Source: Candidatus Bathyarchaeota archaeon
GTDB lineage: Archaea; Thermoproteota; Bathyarchaeia; Bathyarchaeales; Bathycorpusculaceae
DNA length: 64,000 nucleotides
Reading direction: 5' to 3'
NCBI GenBank assembly: GCA_963707955.1
Contig: OY970176.1
Span: 1,120,001 to 1,184,000, forward strand
Below are positions 48,798 through 58,605 of this stretch, in pieces. The notes below the pieces were generated by a model. It was not told the DNA's origin. It did no database searches and saw nothing but the letters and a program-made list of their open reading frames with translations. A program made the translations under genes and the position numbers. How positions within the stretch are numbered: position 1 is the first letter of the stretch; every line of letters begins with the position of its first letter.

Positions 48798-50171
48798 TCA
48801 ATCCTTGCTTTTCACAAGCTTCGCTATGAACAGACCGCTGCACTGATGAATGTGCGGATACAGTCTCTGGCACTTGTCAAGTCCTCTTAAGCCTCCTAAG
48901 CCTATTCTCGGCAGTATTTCGGTCAGCGAAAACTCAGGATGACATTTCAGAAACCTTTCAATGAGCATCTCATTTTCTTCAACTGTTATGCTGAATGTGG
49001 AATAGACCAATGCGCCCTCAGGCCTGACGTATTGCGAGCAGTTGTCCAACATCTCCCATTGAATTTGAGCCATTCTGTCCACGGAACTTGGCGTCAGCCT
49101 CCATTTGAACGAGGGCAGTCTACCAAAGATGCCTGTTGCTGTGCACGGTGGGTCCAACACCACCAGGTCTGCTTCTACGTCGAAAGGCAATGGGCTGCGA
49201 GCATCAGCGATGATTGGCTCGGCAATCTTCACGCCCATGCGCTTCACCTCGCTCTTCCAAGAGACCATTCTGCGCCTAGAATAGTCCACAGAAAGGATAC
49301 GGCCATCGTTTTGCATCAGCTGCCCCAAGTATGTCGTCTTTCCTCCGGGAGCGGAACAGACGTCCAAGACGGTCATACTTGGAGCTGGATTTGCCGCTTC
49401 AGCTGCAAAAGAGCTTGCTTTGTCCTGGATGTAAACAAGGCCTTCTTTGAAGCAGGAGGTTTCTGTTATGGGTTGTCTTGCATTCTTGACCTCGTACGCG
49501 AACATTAAATCTTTAACTTTATGAGCTTCAACTCCGTCTTCAGCGAACTTCTTCAGAATTCCATCTTGTTCAGAATTAAGCGTGTTTAACCTTACGTAAG
49601 TTGGCATGGGCGATCTGTTCGATTCCAGCATCGCTATGGCGTCTCTTCTACCAAAAAGTCTGAAACAGTATTCGACAAACCATGTCTGATGAAAAGTGCA
49701 CAGTGCGACTCGAGCTTCATCATTTTTCTGCTCTAAGACCACCTCAGGTCTTTGCGTTAGCAGCATGCCTAGAAAAGGCTCGATGGATCGCAAGGTTTTC
49801 CATCCTAGAACGGAGCGTGCCAGTTTGACTATGTTTTCAGCCTCTTCAACGTCAATTTCAGACCAGTGCTTCGCTATTCTCGTTTGATACACGTAAAGCC
49901 TCAGGAAAGCTTGAACGCCAAGGTTGAATTGACCTAGGTCTGCAGGCTTAATAGCGTTGTTTACAAAAGCATCTATGAAGTTCTGTCTCCGAACAGTTTC
50001 GTACACAAGCAAGCGAGCAAGTCGGACAGCATCTGGATCTCGCATTCTCAGCTGGTTAACGGTCCTCGCCAAAGCTGAAGGTTCACTCAGCCTTCGCATT
50101 TGCATCCAGCTGAGAGTCTCAATCGCAACCGCCCAAGCTTCCCTGAGCAAAGTGTCCACACAGTCGGACAT
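48798..50171 (-). CDS. RsmB/NOP2-family RNA m5C methyltransferase (motif VI Cys reads as Phe)
   Basis: IQDKAS, DVCSAPGGKT, LDPPCT, YSTFS...ENE. Confidence 0.9.
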   Translation of the reverse strand: MSDCVDTLLREAWAVAIETLSWMQMRRLSEPSALARTVNQLRMRDPDAVRLARLLVYETVRRQNFIDAFVNNAIKPADLGQFNLGVQAFLRLYVYQTRIAKHWSEIDVEEAENIVKLARSVLGWKTLRSIEPFLGMLLTQRPEVVLEQKNDEARVALCTFHQTWFVEYCFRLFGRRDAIAMLESNRSPMPTYVRLNTLNSEQDGILKKFAEDGVEAHKVKDLMFAYEVKNARQPITETSCFKEGLVYIQDKASSFAAEAANPAPSMTVLDVCSAPGGKTTYLGQLMQNDGRILSVDYSRRRMVSWKSEVKRMGVKIAEPIIADARSPLPFDVEADLVVLDPPCTATGIFGRLPSFKWRLTPSSVDRMAQIQWEMLDNCSQYVRPEGALVYSTFSITVEENEMLIERFLKCHPEFSLTEILPRIGLGGLRGLDKCQRLYPHIHQCSGLFIAKLVKSKD

Positions 50172-50374
50172 ATGTAAGGTTCTACATAAAAATTGAAGGC
50201 ATTCCGCGTCCAGCTTGAAATTAATGTCCTTAAAGAACAGGCGCTTGACCGTTGCTGAGGCTATCGGCGAAGCTAAAAACTATTCCAATTATGAGAGACG
50301 ACGTGGTCAACAGCATCTGAGGACAAGAGATTTTAAGCAATCCAATCCATAAAAGCATTCAGGTCAAGACCTAG

Positions 50375-53062
50375 ATGACACAGAAACAACTGGAAGATTT
50401 TCCGTCCAAGGAACACAGACCTTCGACTGGAAAGAAAGTTGACTCTGGGCCATTGGCAATCGGCGAACTCGGAACGAGAGAAGGGAGAAAGCGCGTCTTT
50501 CCCCCGCTTGCTCCTGAGAACTTACCATGCTCATACTTTGTCTCAGCCACCTATGACGGGAGGGCTGGCAAGGCAGTAATCAAACTCTATGAACCAATTT
50601 CGGGCCAGATCTACTTCTGGTATGACAACACAGGCCACCAACCGTACTGTCTCACAAACCTTTCGCAGTACGAGCTTGAAAAAATCAGCCGTGTAATTCA
50701 ACACCCAGGTTTCGACCGTTTTGAGATTGTGGAAAAATTTGACCCGCTGCTAGACAAGAAGGTGAAGGTCACGAAAATAGTGACCAAAGACCCGTTGGCT
50801 ATCGGCGGCCGACCTACGGGATGCATTAGAGACATAATTCCAGAGGATTTCCCAAACGTCTCGGACTCGCCGGTTGCATCGCAAGAAATCAAAGTCTGGG
50901 AGTCAACGATAAAGTACTACCAATCCTACATTTACGACCGGCAACTTCTGCCTGGAATGATGTATGAAATAAGAGACTGCAGCCTCATCCTGAAAAGGCT
51001 GGAAGAAACCGACAAGACCGTGAGTCAGATTCGAGGAACCTTCAAGGACGCCACTGATGAAGAGTTGGAATTCATCGAAGAATGGGCAAGACTGCTGGAA
51101 TACCCTGCTCCCAAGTTTCGCCGCGTGGCCCTCGACATAGAAGTGTTGGCTCCAATCCCTACGAGAGTACCTGACCCCCGGGAAGCGGCTTACCCAATTG
51201 TATGTGTTTCACTCTACAGTTCAGATGGACTGAAGAAAGTCTTGCTCCTGAAACGCGAAGGAGTCCGCGAGGGCACGGAGCACCTGTCCACGGATGTGAG
51301 GCTTGAAAGTTTTGATTCAGAGGAGAAACTACTAAGGTCTGTTCTTGACGCGGTGTGGGACTATCCTTTCGTCCTAACTTTCAACGGGGACGACTTTGAC
51401 CTGCCATATTTGTTCAACCGCGCTCTGAACCTTGGCATCAGACGAAACGAGATCCCTATAGAAGTTGGTAAAAGATCCTGCTCGCTGAGTTACGGAGTTC
51501 ACGTTGACCTGTACAAGTTTTTCTTCAACCGTTCAATTCAGATTTACGCTTTCAACAACCGTTACAAAGACGTGACGCTGAATGACATTGGAAAAGCTCT
51601 GATCGGACTTGAAAAAGTGCCACTTGACAAGACTCTAGGCGAGTTAACTTACACAAAGCTTGCTGAGTATTGCCTCAGAGACTCTGAAATCACTTTCAGG
51701 CTTACAAGTTTTGAAGACGAACTCGTCATGAAGCTGATCCTAGTTCTTGCAAGAATCAGCAGCATGCCAATGGAAGACGTGAGTCGACAAGGCGTCTCTC
51801 GTTGGATAAGAAACTTTCTGCAGCGAGAGCACCGCAGGAGGAACATGCTCATCCCGAGTCCCAACGACATACTGGCAACGAAGGGCAAAACCGCAACGAA
51901 AGCAATCATAAAGGGCAAGAAGTACAAGGGAGCAATAGTCGTCGAGCCTGTGCCAGGAGTGTACTTCAACGTTGCTGTCATGGATTTTCCAAGCCTGTAT
52001 CCATCAATCATCAAGGTGTGGAACCTAGGTTACCAGTCCATATTGTGTCCGCATCCGGAATGCCGCGGCAACGTCGTTCCAGGTACGCCACACTGGGTTT
52101 GTATTAAGAAACGAGCTTTAGAGAGCCTGTTGATCGGTTCGTTGAGAGATTTGCGTGTGCAGTGGTACAAGCCTAAGGCGAAAGACAAGTACCTCAGCGC
52201 AGATTTGAGAAGCTGGTACAACATCACTCAGGGAGCTCTTAAAGTCATCCTGAACGCGAGCTACGGAGTCTTCGGAGCTGAAAGCTTTGACCTCTACTGC
52301 CCACCGGTGGCTGAGGCAACAGCGGCCATCGGAAGACACTCAATAACACAGATACTCAACAAAGCAGAACAGCTGAGCATCCAAGTGCTCTATGGAGACA
52401 CGGACAGCCTCTTTCTGAAAAACCCTTCAAAACAGCAAACTGAAGAACTGGCACGCTGGACAGAACACGAGCTTAAAATGAGCTTGGATGTTGACAAGGT
52501 TTACAGGTACGCCGTTTTCAGCTCTCGCAAAAAGAACTATCTCGGAGTCTTTGAAGATGGGACGGTTGACGTCAAGGGGTTGACTGGCAAGAAGAAACAC
52601 ATTCCAATTCTCATCAAGAAAGCCTTCGACAAAATGAAGGACCGCCTCGCACGGGTCAAGACTCCGACAGATTTTGAAAGAGCAAAGAAGAACATCTGCG
52701 AAATTGTCCGCGAATGCTACATACAATTGAAGAGGCGAGAATGGGAGAACCTCAACGAACTAGCGTTCAACGTGGTCCTAGGCGAAGAAATCGGGCACTA
52801 CACAAAGACAACTCCTCAACACGTCAAAGCCGCAAAGATTCTACAGGAGAATGGAGCTGAGCTGAAAGCCGGGGACCTCATAAGTTTCGTTAAAACGACT
52901 AGGGAACCGCACGTGAAACCAGTTGGGTTGGCGACTAAAAACGAGGTTGATGTTGACAAGTACGTAGCCTACTTGCATTCGACGTTTGACCAAGTCCTAG
53001 ATGCGTTGGGTCTTGACTTTGACGAAATAATAGGACTGACGAAACTGGAGAGATTCATGTAA
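50375..53062 (+). CDS. polB1: Family B DNA polymerase, PolB1 type
   Basis: DIE, FNGDDFD, DFPSLYPS, KVILNASYG, YGDTDS, KKNY; N-terminal YFWYDNTGH.PY. Confidence 0.95.
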   Translation: MTQKQLEDFPSKEHRPSTGKKVDSGPLAIGELGTREGRKRVFPPLAPENLPCSYFVSATYDGRAGKAVIKLYEPISGQIYFWYDNTGHQPYCLTNLSQYELEKISRVIQHPGFDRFEIVEKFDPLLDKKVKVTKIVTKDPLAIGGRPTGCIRDIIPEDFPNVSDSPVASQEIKVWESTIKYYQSYIYDRQLLPGMMYEIRDCSLILKRLEETDKTVSQIRGTFKDATDEELEFIEEWARLLEYPAPKFRRVALDIEVLAPIPTRVPDPREAAYPIVCVSLYSSDGLKKVLLLKREGVREGTEHLSTDVRLESFDSEEKLLRSVLDAVWDYPFVLTFNGDDFDLPYLFNRALNLGIRRNEIPIEVGKRSCSLSYGVHVDLYKFFFNRSIQIYAFNNRYKDVTLNDIGKALIGLEKVPLDKTLGELTYTKLAEYCLRDSEITFRLTSFEDELVMKLILVLARISSMPMEDVSRQGVSRWIRNFLQREHRRRNMLIPSPNDILATKGKTATKAIIKGKKYKGAIVVEPVPGVYFNVAVMDFPSLYPSIIKVWNLGYQSILCPHPECRGNVVPGTPHWVCIKKRALESLLIGSLRDLRVQWYKPKAKDKYLSADLRSWYNITQGALKVILNASYGVFGAESFDLYCPPVAEATAAIGRHSITQILNKAEQLSIQVLYGDTDSLFLKNPSKQQTEELARWTEHELKMSLDVDKVYRYAVFSSRKKNYLGVFEDGTVDVKGLTGKKKHIPILIKKAFDKMKDRLARVKTPTDFERAKKNICEIVRECYIQLKRREWENLNELAFNVVLGEEIGHYTKTTPQHVKAAKILQENGAELKAGDLISFVKTTREPHVKPVGLATKNEVDVDKYVAYLHSTFDQVLDALGLDFDEIIGLTKLERFM

Positions 53063-53075
53063 GGCTTTGCAGTCG

Positions 53076-53630
53076 TTAATTCTCTGAAAGCGTTTTCAAC
53101 CCATGTGATCTTAGGGGTTCAATGATGCTGGGTCTGCTCAGTATTCGCAGAACCGCGTAACCTATGACTGCGATAGCTACTAGACTGCTGACCAAAAGGC
53201 TGATCAGCGTCGTGATCCAAGCTGGCAAGAACGCGAGCTCTGCAGGTTGATAAGGATAGTATATCCACAGATACCCGCCGCCAACGATGATTCCTATGGG
53301 CAAAGCACCTGCGATGCACGCTAGCAACTTATGCTTCTTCAGTAACAATACGAGGCTTGCCGCCACAAGATTGGCTAGGGAACCGAAGACTACGTCAATG
53401 AATCCTATGGGTCCGAAAACATTAACAACAGCGCATCCGGCAGTGACTCCGATAACGACAGGCCATCCTAACAAAGCAGTCAATGCAATCAGAAAGTCTG
53501 AAAGGCGCAATTGTATAGGTCCGTAGATTGAAGGGTTTCCGAAAGGAGAAAACGATTGCGCCACGTTGATCGTGGCGTATAATGCTGCAAAAACGGCTGT
53601 CAACGCCACATCTCTAGTGTCAAATCTTAT
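53076..53630 (-). CDS. queT: QueT-family ECF S component (7-deazaguanine precursor transporter); start probably the ATA at 53630, alternatively GTG at 53681
   Basis: AVFAALYA, YGPIQLRLSD, GCAVVN, DVVFGS; GGAGGTGA SD ends 4 nt before the in-frame ATA. Confidence 0.8.
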   Translation of the reverse strand: MRFDTRDVALTAVFAALYATINVAQSFSPFGNPSIYGPIQLRLSDFLIALTALLGWPVVIGVTAGCAVVNVFGPIGFIDVVFGSLANLVAASLVLLLKKHKLLACIAGALPIGIIVGGGYLWIYYPYQPAELAFLPAWITTLISLLVSSLVAIAVIGYAVLRILSRPSIIEPLRSHGLKTLSEN

Positions 53631-53697
53631 CCTTTCACCTCCTGCGCCGGGATTTCTATGGCGGAACGGGTGGAGGCCCACTCACCCGCCTAGCACC
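53631..53697 (-). ncRNA. Candidate riboswitch-like 5' leader of queT
   Basis: Stem CGGGTG/CACCCG; loop GCCTC complementary to SD GAGGT; hairpin CGCC/GGCG just before the SD; TATA TTTAATAA at about 53716-53723. Confidence 0.5.
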
Positions 53698-53862
53698 TAA
53701 GAAGACGACAGATGTTTATTAAATATTACTGAGACTCGCATACTAGTATTCATCGCACGAGCGTTCAGGATAGAAAATCGGGCGCGAGGCCATCGAGAAG
53801 ACTTCACAAGTAGTCGCCGCGCGCGAAGATCGCATCAAAGTATTTGCTGCAGAAAAAGCCGA

Positions 53863-53930
53863 GAGGGTAGACGTGTTAGACGAGTAAAAACGCGAAACAG
53901 GGAATGTTAACGGATCGATGGAGAAACGCG
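53863..53930 (+). repeat. Dispersed ~65-bp intergenic repeat, copy 2
   Basis: Aligns by eye to 26762-26828. Confidence 0.6.
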
Positions 53931-53985
53931 TAGCAAGAAGTAGCTGTGGGGCATCAATAAGCGCCGTAAAAACACGTTTCAAACA

Positions 53986-54858
53986 CTATTTCGACATTAA
54001 CAATCTGAGAACGAGAGCAACAGAAGTTGAGGTTGCGACTATAAGCGAGATCAGCAACACCACCTGCCGCTCGGTCAAGGAACGATGAAACGTGAGAAGG
54101 GTGATCAAACTCCGCCTGTGATCTGAGGACAGTTTTTTACCATCAAAAGAGACAGCTGCCTTGGCTCTATAGATGAAGAAGGTTAGCAATATCAACGCAG
54201 AATTGAAGATATAGGGCAGAACAGACACTACCATGTCCAGCTTCAAATCTGATATGATCCCGAAAGAAGCCAACGTCATCCCTATGGTGAAAGATCCCGT
54301 GTTGCCAACAAAGATCTTCCCCTCAAAGTTTAGGGCAGCAAGGATAAGCCACGCGGCCAGAGGTCCATAAAGCAACACTCCATTTGACCCTGACATAGCC
54401 ATCAACCCCATCATAATTATCGCCGGACAGACCGTTTCCAAACCGTTCAACCCGCCCAGCTGATTCACCGTATTCGTCACTATAGTGACAAGCACCGGAA
54501 CTATCACAAGGTAGTACCAGACACCGAAGTTGATCGTACCCAACAACGGAATTGCCATATACGTGCGAATATGTATATTATACGCGAACGCGGCAAGAGG
54601 CATTGCAGCAACCAGAGGAAGAAACGCTTTGAAACGCCACTTGAGATCTATCCAGTCATCAAGCAACCCCATGAAGCCACCGAACAACACGCACACGGCC
54701 AGCGTCAAGGGCGGAGAAACCCCGTTTGAGACTTTGACGATGTTTAAAGAGTACAGGAGAAACAAGTACACAACGCTGATCAGAACGTAGAAGATACCGA
54801 GGCCGTTAGGAACCAAAGGCTTGTTTGGTTTGTGCAGGTCAGGAGCCCTAGGAAACAA
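53986..54858 (-). CDS. UDP-GlcNAc:dolichol-phosphate GlcNAc-1-P transferase (MraY/GPT family, AglH-like)
   Basis: DLHKP, GLLDD, NQLGGLNGLE, KIFVGNTGS; directly downstream of aglB. Confidence 0.85.
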   Translation of the reverse strand: MFPRAPDLHKPNKPLVPNGLGIFYVLISVVYLFLLYSLNIVKVSNGVSPPLTLAVCVLFGGFMGLLDDWIDLKWRFKAFLPLVAAMPLAAFAYNIHIRTYMAIPLLGTINFGVWYYLVIVPVLVTIVTNTVNQLGGLNGLETVCPAIIMMGLMAMSGSNGVLLYGPLAAWLILAALNFEGKIFVGNTGSFTIGMTLASFGIISDLKLDMVVSVLPYIFNSALILLTFFIYRAKAAVSFDGKKLSSDHRRSLITLLTFHRSLTERQVVLLISLIVATSTSVALVLRLLMSK

Positions 54859-54870
54859 GGACGTTCCTCT

Positions 54871-57156
54871 TTAAGCATTCGGATAATCCTGGTAATATTT
54901 TTGCCAGTCGATCTTGTAGAGACACACAAGTGGAACAATTCCGCCGTAGTTGCTCTGTGACTCACTGGGCGTCAACGTCTCCCCTGAGAAGAACTCTTCC
55001 TGGAAGTATATGGGCCCATTGGTGCCACCCATGGACGCGGTAACGTTGTCCTGGTCGGGGTCCGTAACGCCGTTGGTGGTACACCAAACGTTTTTGCCCC
55101 AAGCCATAAGCTTATAAATTGTGGTTTGTAACCCAACATCGTTCCACACCCATGCGTTGGTCGTGTTGCTAACTGAACCGAAGGTAGTCTCATTCTGCCA
55201 AGAAGATGCCTTGTCTATAAAGCCGCTGTCTATCAATCGCTGCATTCCGGCTCCGGAGATCTCTGCCATCCAAGTCCATTTTCCGTTGTCGCCGCCCGCC
55301 CAGTTAACCCAGTTTCCATAATAGTCAAAAGTATCAAACACGAGTATGTATTCCGCTCCGTACTGCTTCAACATATTCATCGAATAAGTCTCGTTTGCCA
55401 TAAAAGTGAAACCAACATTTTCTATTTGTGTTTCGTTAATCGTGGCGTTGTCTGAAAGCGTGGTGACATTTCCTAGAATGCTCAGCCAGTATCCATAGTC
55501 CCACCAACTAACGACAATTGTAGAAGAGTTTTGGAAATCATTCAAGTATTTCAGCATGTCAAACCACTCTGTCACAGGCTGATTGGGGCTTATTGACATA
55601 CTGCCTCCGGTGATCGTAAGTGGCTGGTAAGCTTGGCTGTAGACTGTCGGCACACCACCAGATTGCGGCGAAAATGCCAAGTTTGTCACCAAAACTAAGA
55701 ATATTAGGAAAATGGCAACCCCGCTGAACTCTTTTCCTACATGTTCCAAGGCTTTCCTCGTTCCAGTCAATCTCGGCGGTTCCTTCAACAGTGTCACGAA
55801 CGGTTTGGACAGACCCACTATTCCGATAGCTGCCACAAGAGCGAACGCCGGGGCCAAAATGACCATTACACGCACCATGGACGCAGCAAAGTAGACAGAG
55901 CTTAAAGCAAAGAGTAACATGAAAAGATTCTTCGTCGTGAGGTTTCTTGCAATAAAGAATAGACCAACGACGAAGAAGAGTATCGCAATGCCAACGTCGT
56001 AGTAAATTGAAGCCCAAGTAGAAATCCTCTGTTCAGCCACAGACTCTATAAGCGGGTTAACTCCCCGCACGAGTGGATCTATAACAACCAAGAACTTTGC
56101 CCCTATGGCTCCTAAGAAGCCAGCCAGCGTGAGCACGATGAAGCTGCCGATTATCCCGGCCACGAACACTACGACAAACATGAACTTTTCCCTAGCAGAA
56201 ATCAAATTGCTCACGATCTCATTCAGGCAAAGAAGACCAAAGACTCCTGTAGCAGGTAGGACGGCTGTGGAAACTAGGAAACTGGGTCCGACTTCAGTTC
56301 GGGTGCTTATGGCTAGGAGCAAGCCCGGGCCAAAGGTCAAACCGTACACTAGGAAAAGACGTCGCGAGTATCTTTTGAGCAGAAGTAGAACGAAAACGAA
56401 GAGGGCGGCCAGGTCAATCATGTAGTATGATGCGCCCCATCCGAGAATGAAGTACGTTAAGACAGCAGCCGACCCAAGCGAGTAGACAACCGTTGAATTG
56501 ATCGGCCTTTCTTCTTCAACGGCTCTGAGGAAAAAAAGACAGAAAGCCGGAATTGCAAAGATGCCAACGTTTTCGGTCGTAAAGAAGCCGAACGTAATCT
56601 TCGTGATAACGGTTGGGCTTATCGCCAAGATGAGTGCTGCAAGCAAGCCGACAGGCTTTCCCCCTAAGTCTTTTCCGAGGAAGTAGAGCAGAAAGACGCC
56701 AAGCGCAGCCATTAATGGAGGGATAAACGCAAGAAAGGTCATCAAGTCAACGTTGAAGCCCAGGAACCTAACGATGTCGTAGGAAAGAGCTCCAACAAAT
56801 ACCAATGCTGGATAGGAGCCCCCCAAGTCTATTCCGCCTGGGTACCATTCCTGCGTGTCAACCCAATGCGTAGGCCAAAAGGGTGACAGCAAGCCTTGCT
56901 GTGTCATTCGTTGCACCAGATTGTACTGGTAGTACGGGTCAAATTCATTAAGATGGATTGCGCCCACCTGTATCTCCCAGCGCAGTGGCAGTATGCGTAT
57001 GGTGAATGCCAAGAAAACGCAGAGCACCAAGGCTGAAACCGTAAGGACTGAACTGTGGTTCACTTTGGGTCTTAGTTTTCCCAGACTCTTTATGCCGTTG
57101 ACAAAACTTTCCTTGGATAGGACGCTGCGGAGCTTCACTTTAGGTTCATCTCTCAC
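54871..57156 (-). CDS. aglB: Oligosaccharyltransferase AglB/STT3
   Basis: EFDPYY, SVAEQ, WWDYG, DNAT, DNGKWTWM; about 13 TMs. Confidence 0.95.
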   Translation of the reverse strand: MRDEPKVKLRSVLSKESFVNGIKSLGKLRPKVNHSSVLTVSALVLCVFLAFTIRILPLRWEIQVGAIHLNEFDPYYQYNLVQRMTQQGLLSPFWPTHWVDTQEWYPGGIDLGGSYPALVFVGALSYDIVRFLGFNVDLMTFLAFIPPLMAALGVFLLYFLGKDLGGKPVGLLAALILAISPTVITKITFGFFTTENVGIFAIPAFCLFFLRAVEEERPINSTVVYSLGSAAVLTYFILGWGASYYMIDLAALFVFVLLLLKRYSRRLFLVYGLTFGPGLLLAISTRTEVGPSFLVSTAVLPATGVFGLLCLNEIVSNLISAREKFMFVVVFVAGIIGSFIVLTLAGFLGAIGAKFLVVIDPLVRGVNPLIESVAEQRISTWASIYYDVGIAILFFVVGLFFIARNLTTKNLFMLLFALSSVYFAASMVRVMVILAPAFALVAAIGIVGLSKPFVTLLKEPPRLTGTRKALEHVGKEFSGVAIFLIFLVLVTNLAFSPQSGGVPTVYSQAYQPLTITGGSMSISPNQPVTEWFDMLKYLNDFQNSSTIVVSWWDYGYWLSILGNVTTLSDNATINETQIENVGFTFMANETYSMNMLKQYGAEYILVFDTFDYYGNWVNWAGGDNGKWTWMAEISGAGMQRLIDSGFIDKASSWQNETTFGSVSNTTNAWVWNDVGLQTTIYKLMAWGKNVWCTTNGVTDPDQDNVTASMGGTNGPIYFQEEFFSGETLTPSESQSNYGGIVPLVCLYKIDWQKYYQDYPNA

Positions 57157-57271
57157 ACAGTTCTTTGAGGTGCTTTATTTTCCTTGCGGTTAGATGACGT
57201 CTAGGAAGTGTTGACAAGAGAAACGCCGTTCATATATACCTTTCCGAATTTCAAACAAACTCAAAAAGACA

Positions 57272-58420
57272 TTACGCTCGTTCAATTTTCCGCTTGTAAC
57301 CATATTTTTCAGGGTCGTAGAGCGGAAATGCTTTTACCTTGCCCTTTGTCATCCTGCTGCGTATGTTTACTTTTACCAGTTCACCATCTTGGGCATTTGA
57401 TGTTTGGACGTATCCCATACCTACGCCGCACTTGAGAAGTGGCGAAAAAGTACCACTCGTAATCTGACCAATCTTTTCCCCAGTGGCTGAGTGAATTTCG
57501 AAACCAGGTCTAGGTATTCCTTGATCTGTCATTTCAATCCCAACACGTTTTCTTTTCCATCCTTCAGTTTTCTGTTTAAGCAACGCTTCTTTTCCAATGA
57601 ACTCCCCCTTCTGCAGCTTCACGACAAAGCTTAGCCCTGCCTCTAGGGGCATTGTGTTCTCGTCGATGTCATTTCCGTAGAGGCACAGGCCAGCTTCAAG
57701 TCGGAGTGTGTCTCTGGCTCCTAAGCCGCAGGGTTCTATTCCGAAGTTCTTGCCGGCTTCAAGAATGGCATTCCACACTTTCACTGCCAAGTCCGGCTTC
57801 TCCAGTGATGTGTTCCATACGAAGACTTCGAAACCGTCTTCGCCAGTGTAGCCTGTTCGAGAAACAAAAACGTCTGTGTCTGCCAGACGCGAATGACCAC
57901 ACTTAAACCTTCCAATTTTGCTCAAGTCCTCACTGGAGATTTTCTGGAGTGTTTTCTCCGCGTTCGGACCTTGAACTGCAAACATGGCCACGTTGCCAGA
58001 TAAGTCCTCGATCCTCACGGTAAAGCCCTTCGCATTCTTGGTAAACCAGTCGTAATCTTTCTCACGGTTGCTCGCATTGAAAACTACTAGGAACTTTTCC
58101 ATTTCCAGCCGGTACATGACAAAGTCGTCTACTATGCCGCCCGTTTGAGTGCACATGACCGAATACTGGGCACTGTTCGGTGCGAGGGTGGAGACATCGT
58201 TCGTTATCACGTAGTTCAGAAAACGCTCTGAATCAGAGCCCGTGACGATCACGCGCCCCATGTGGCTGATGTCAAAAATGCCGACGCTGTTGCGCACAGC
58301 CATGTGTTCAGGTGCTATGTCTTTGTAGTAAACTGGCATTTCAAAGCCTGCGAAGACTATCAGTTTGGCTGTTTTCAGGTGCACCTGGTACAGTTGTGTT
58401 CTGCGGGTTGTTTCGTTCAA
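57272..58420 (-). CDS. gcvT: Glycine cleavage system T protein
   Basis: FAGFEMP, FDISHMG, SRTGYTGEDGFE, ARDTLRLEAG. Confidence 0.96.
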   Translation of the reverse strand: MNETTRRTQLYQVHLKTAKLIVFAGFEMPVYYKDIAPEHMAVRNSVGIFDISHMGRVIVTGSDSERFLNYVITNDVSTLAPNSAQYSVMCTQTGGIVDDFVMYRLEMEKFLVVFNASNREKDYDWFTKNAKGFTVRIEDLSGNVAMFAVQGPNAEKTLQKISSEDLSKIGRFKCGHSRLADTDVFVSRTGYTGEDGFEVFVWNTSLEKPDLAVKVWNAILEAGKNFGIEPCGLGARDTLRLEAGLCLYGNDIDENTMPLEAGLSFVVKLQKGEFIGKEALLKQKTEGWKRKRVGIEMTDQGIPRPGFEIHSATGEKIGQITSGTFSPLLKCGVGMGYVQTSNAQDGELVKVNIRSRMTKGKVKAFPLYDPEKYGYKRKIERA

Positions 58421-58440
58421 GCTTCTGTCCTCTTTGAAAA

Positions 58441-58605
58441 CTACTTGTAAGGCTTCACGTCCACGTCAATGGGTATGAGGGAGAGCTTCTTCCCGCACTT
58501 TGGGCATTTTCCCTCGAGCTCGTGCAATATTTCATCGGGAGGTCGCAGTTCGGCACCTTCATACAATACGTGACCGCATCCAACACAAGCAACTCGTTGA
58601 GGCAT
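58441..58605 (-). CDS. 54-aa zinc-ribbon protein (below the ORF-track cutoff)
   Basis: MPQRVACVGCGHVLYEGAELRPPDEILHELEGKCPKCGKKLSLIPIDVDVKPYK*; two CxxC motifs, GGAG upstream. Confidence 0.8.
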   Translation of the reverse strand: MPQRVACVGCGHVLYEGAELRPPDEILHELEGKCPKCGKKLSLIPIDVDVKPYK

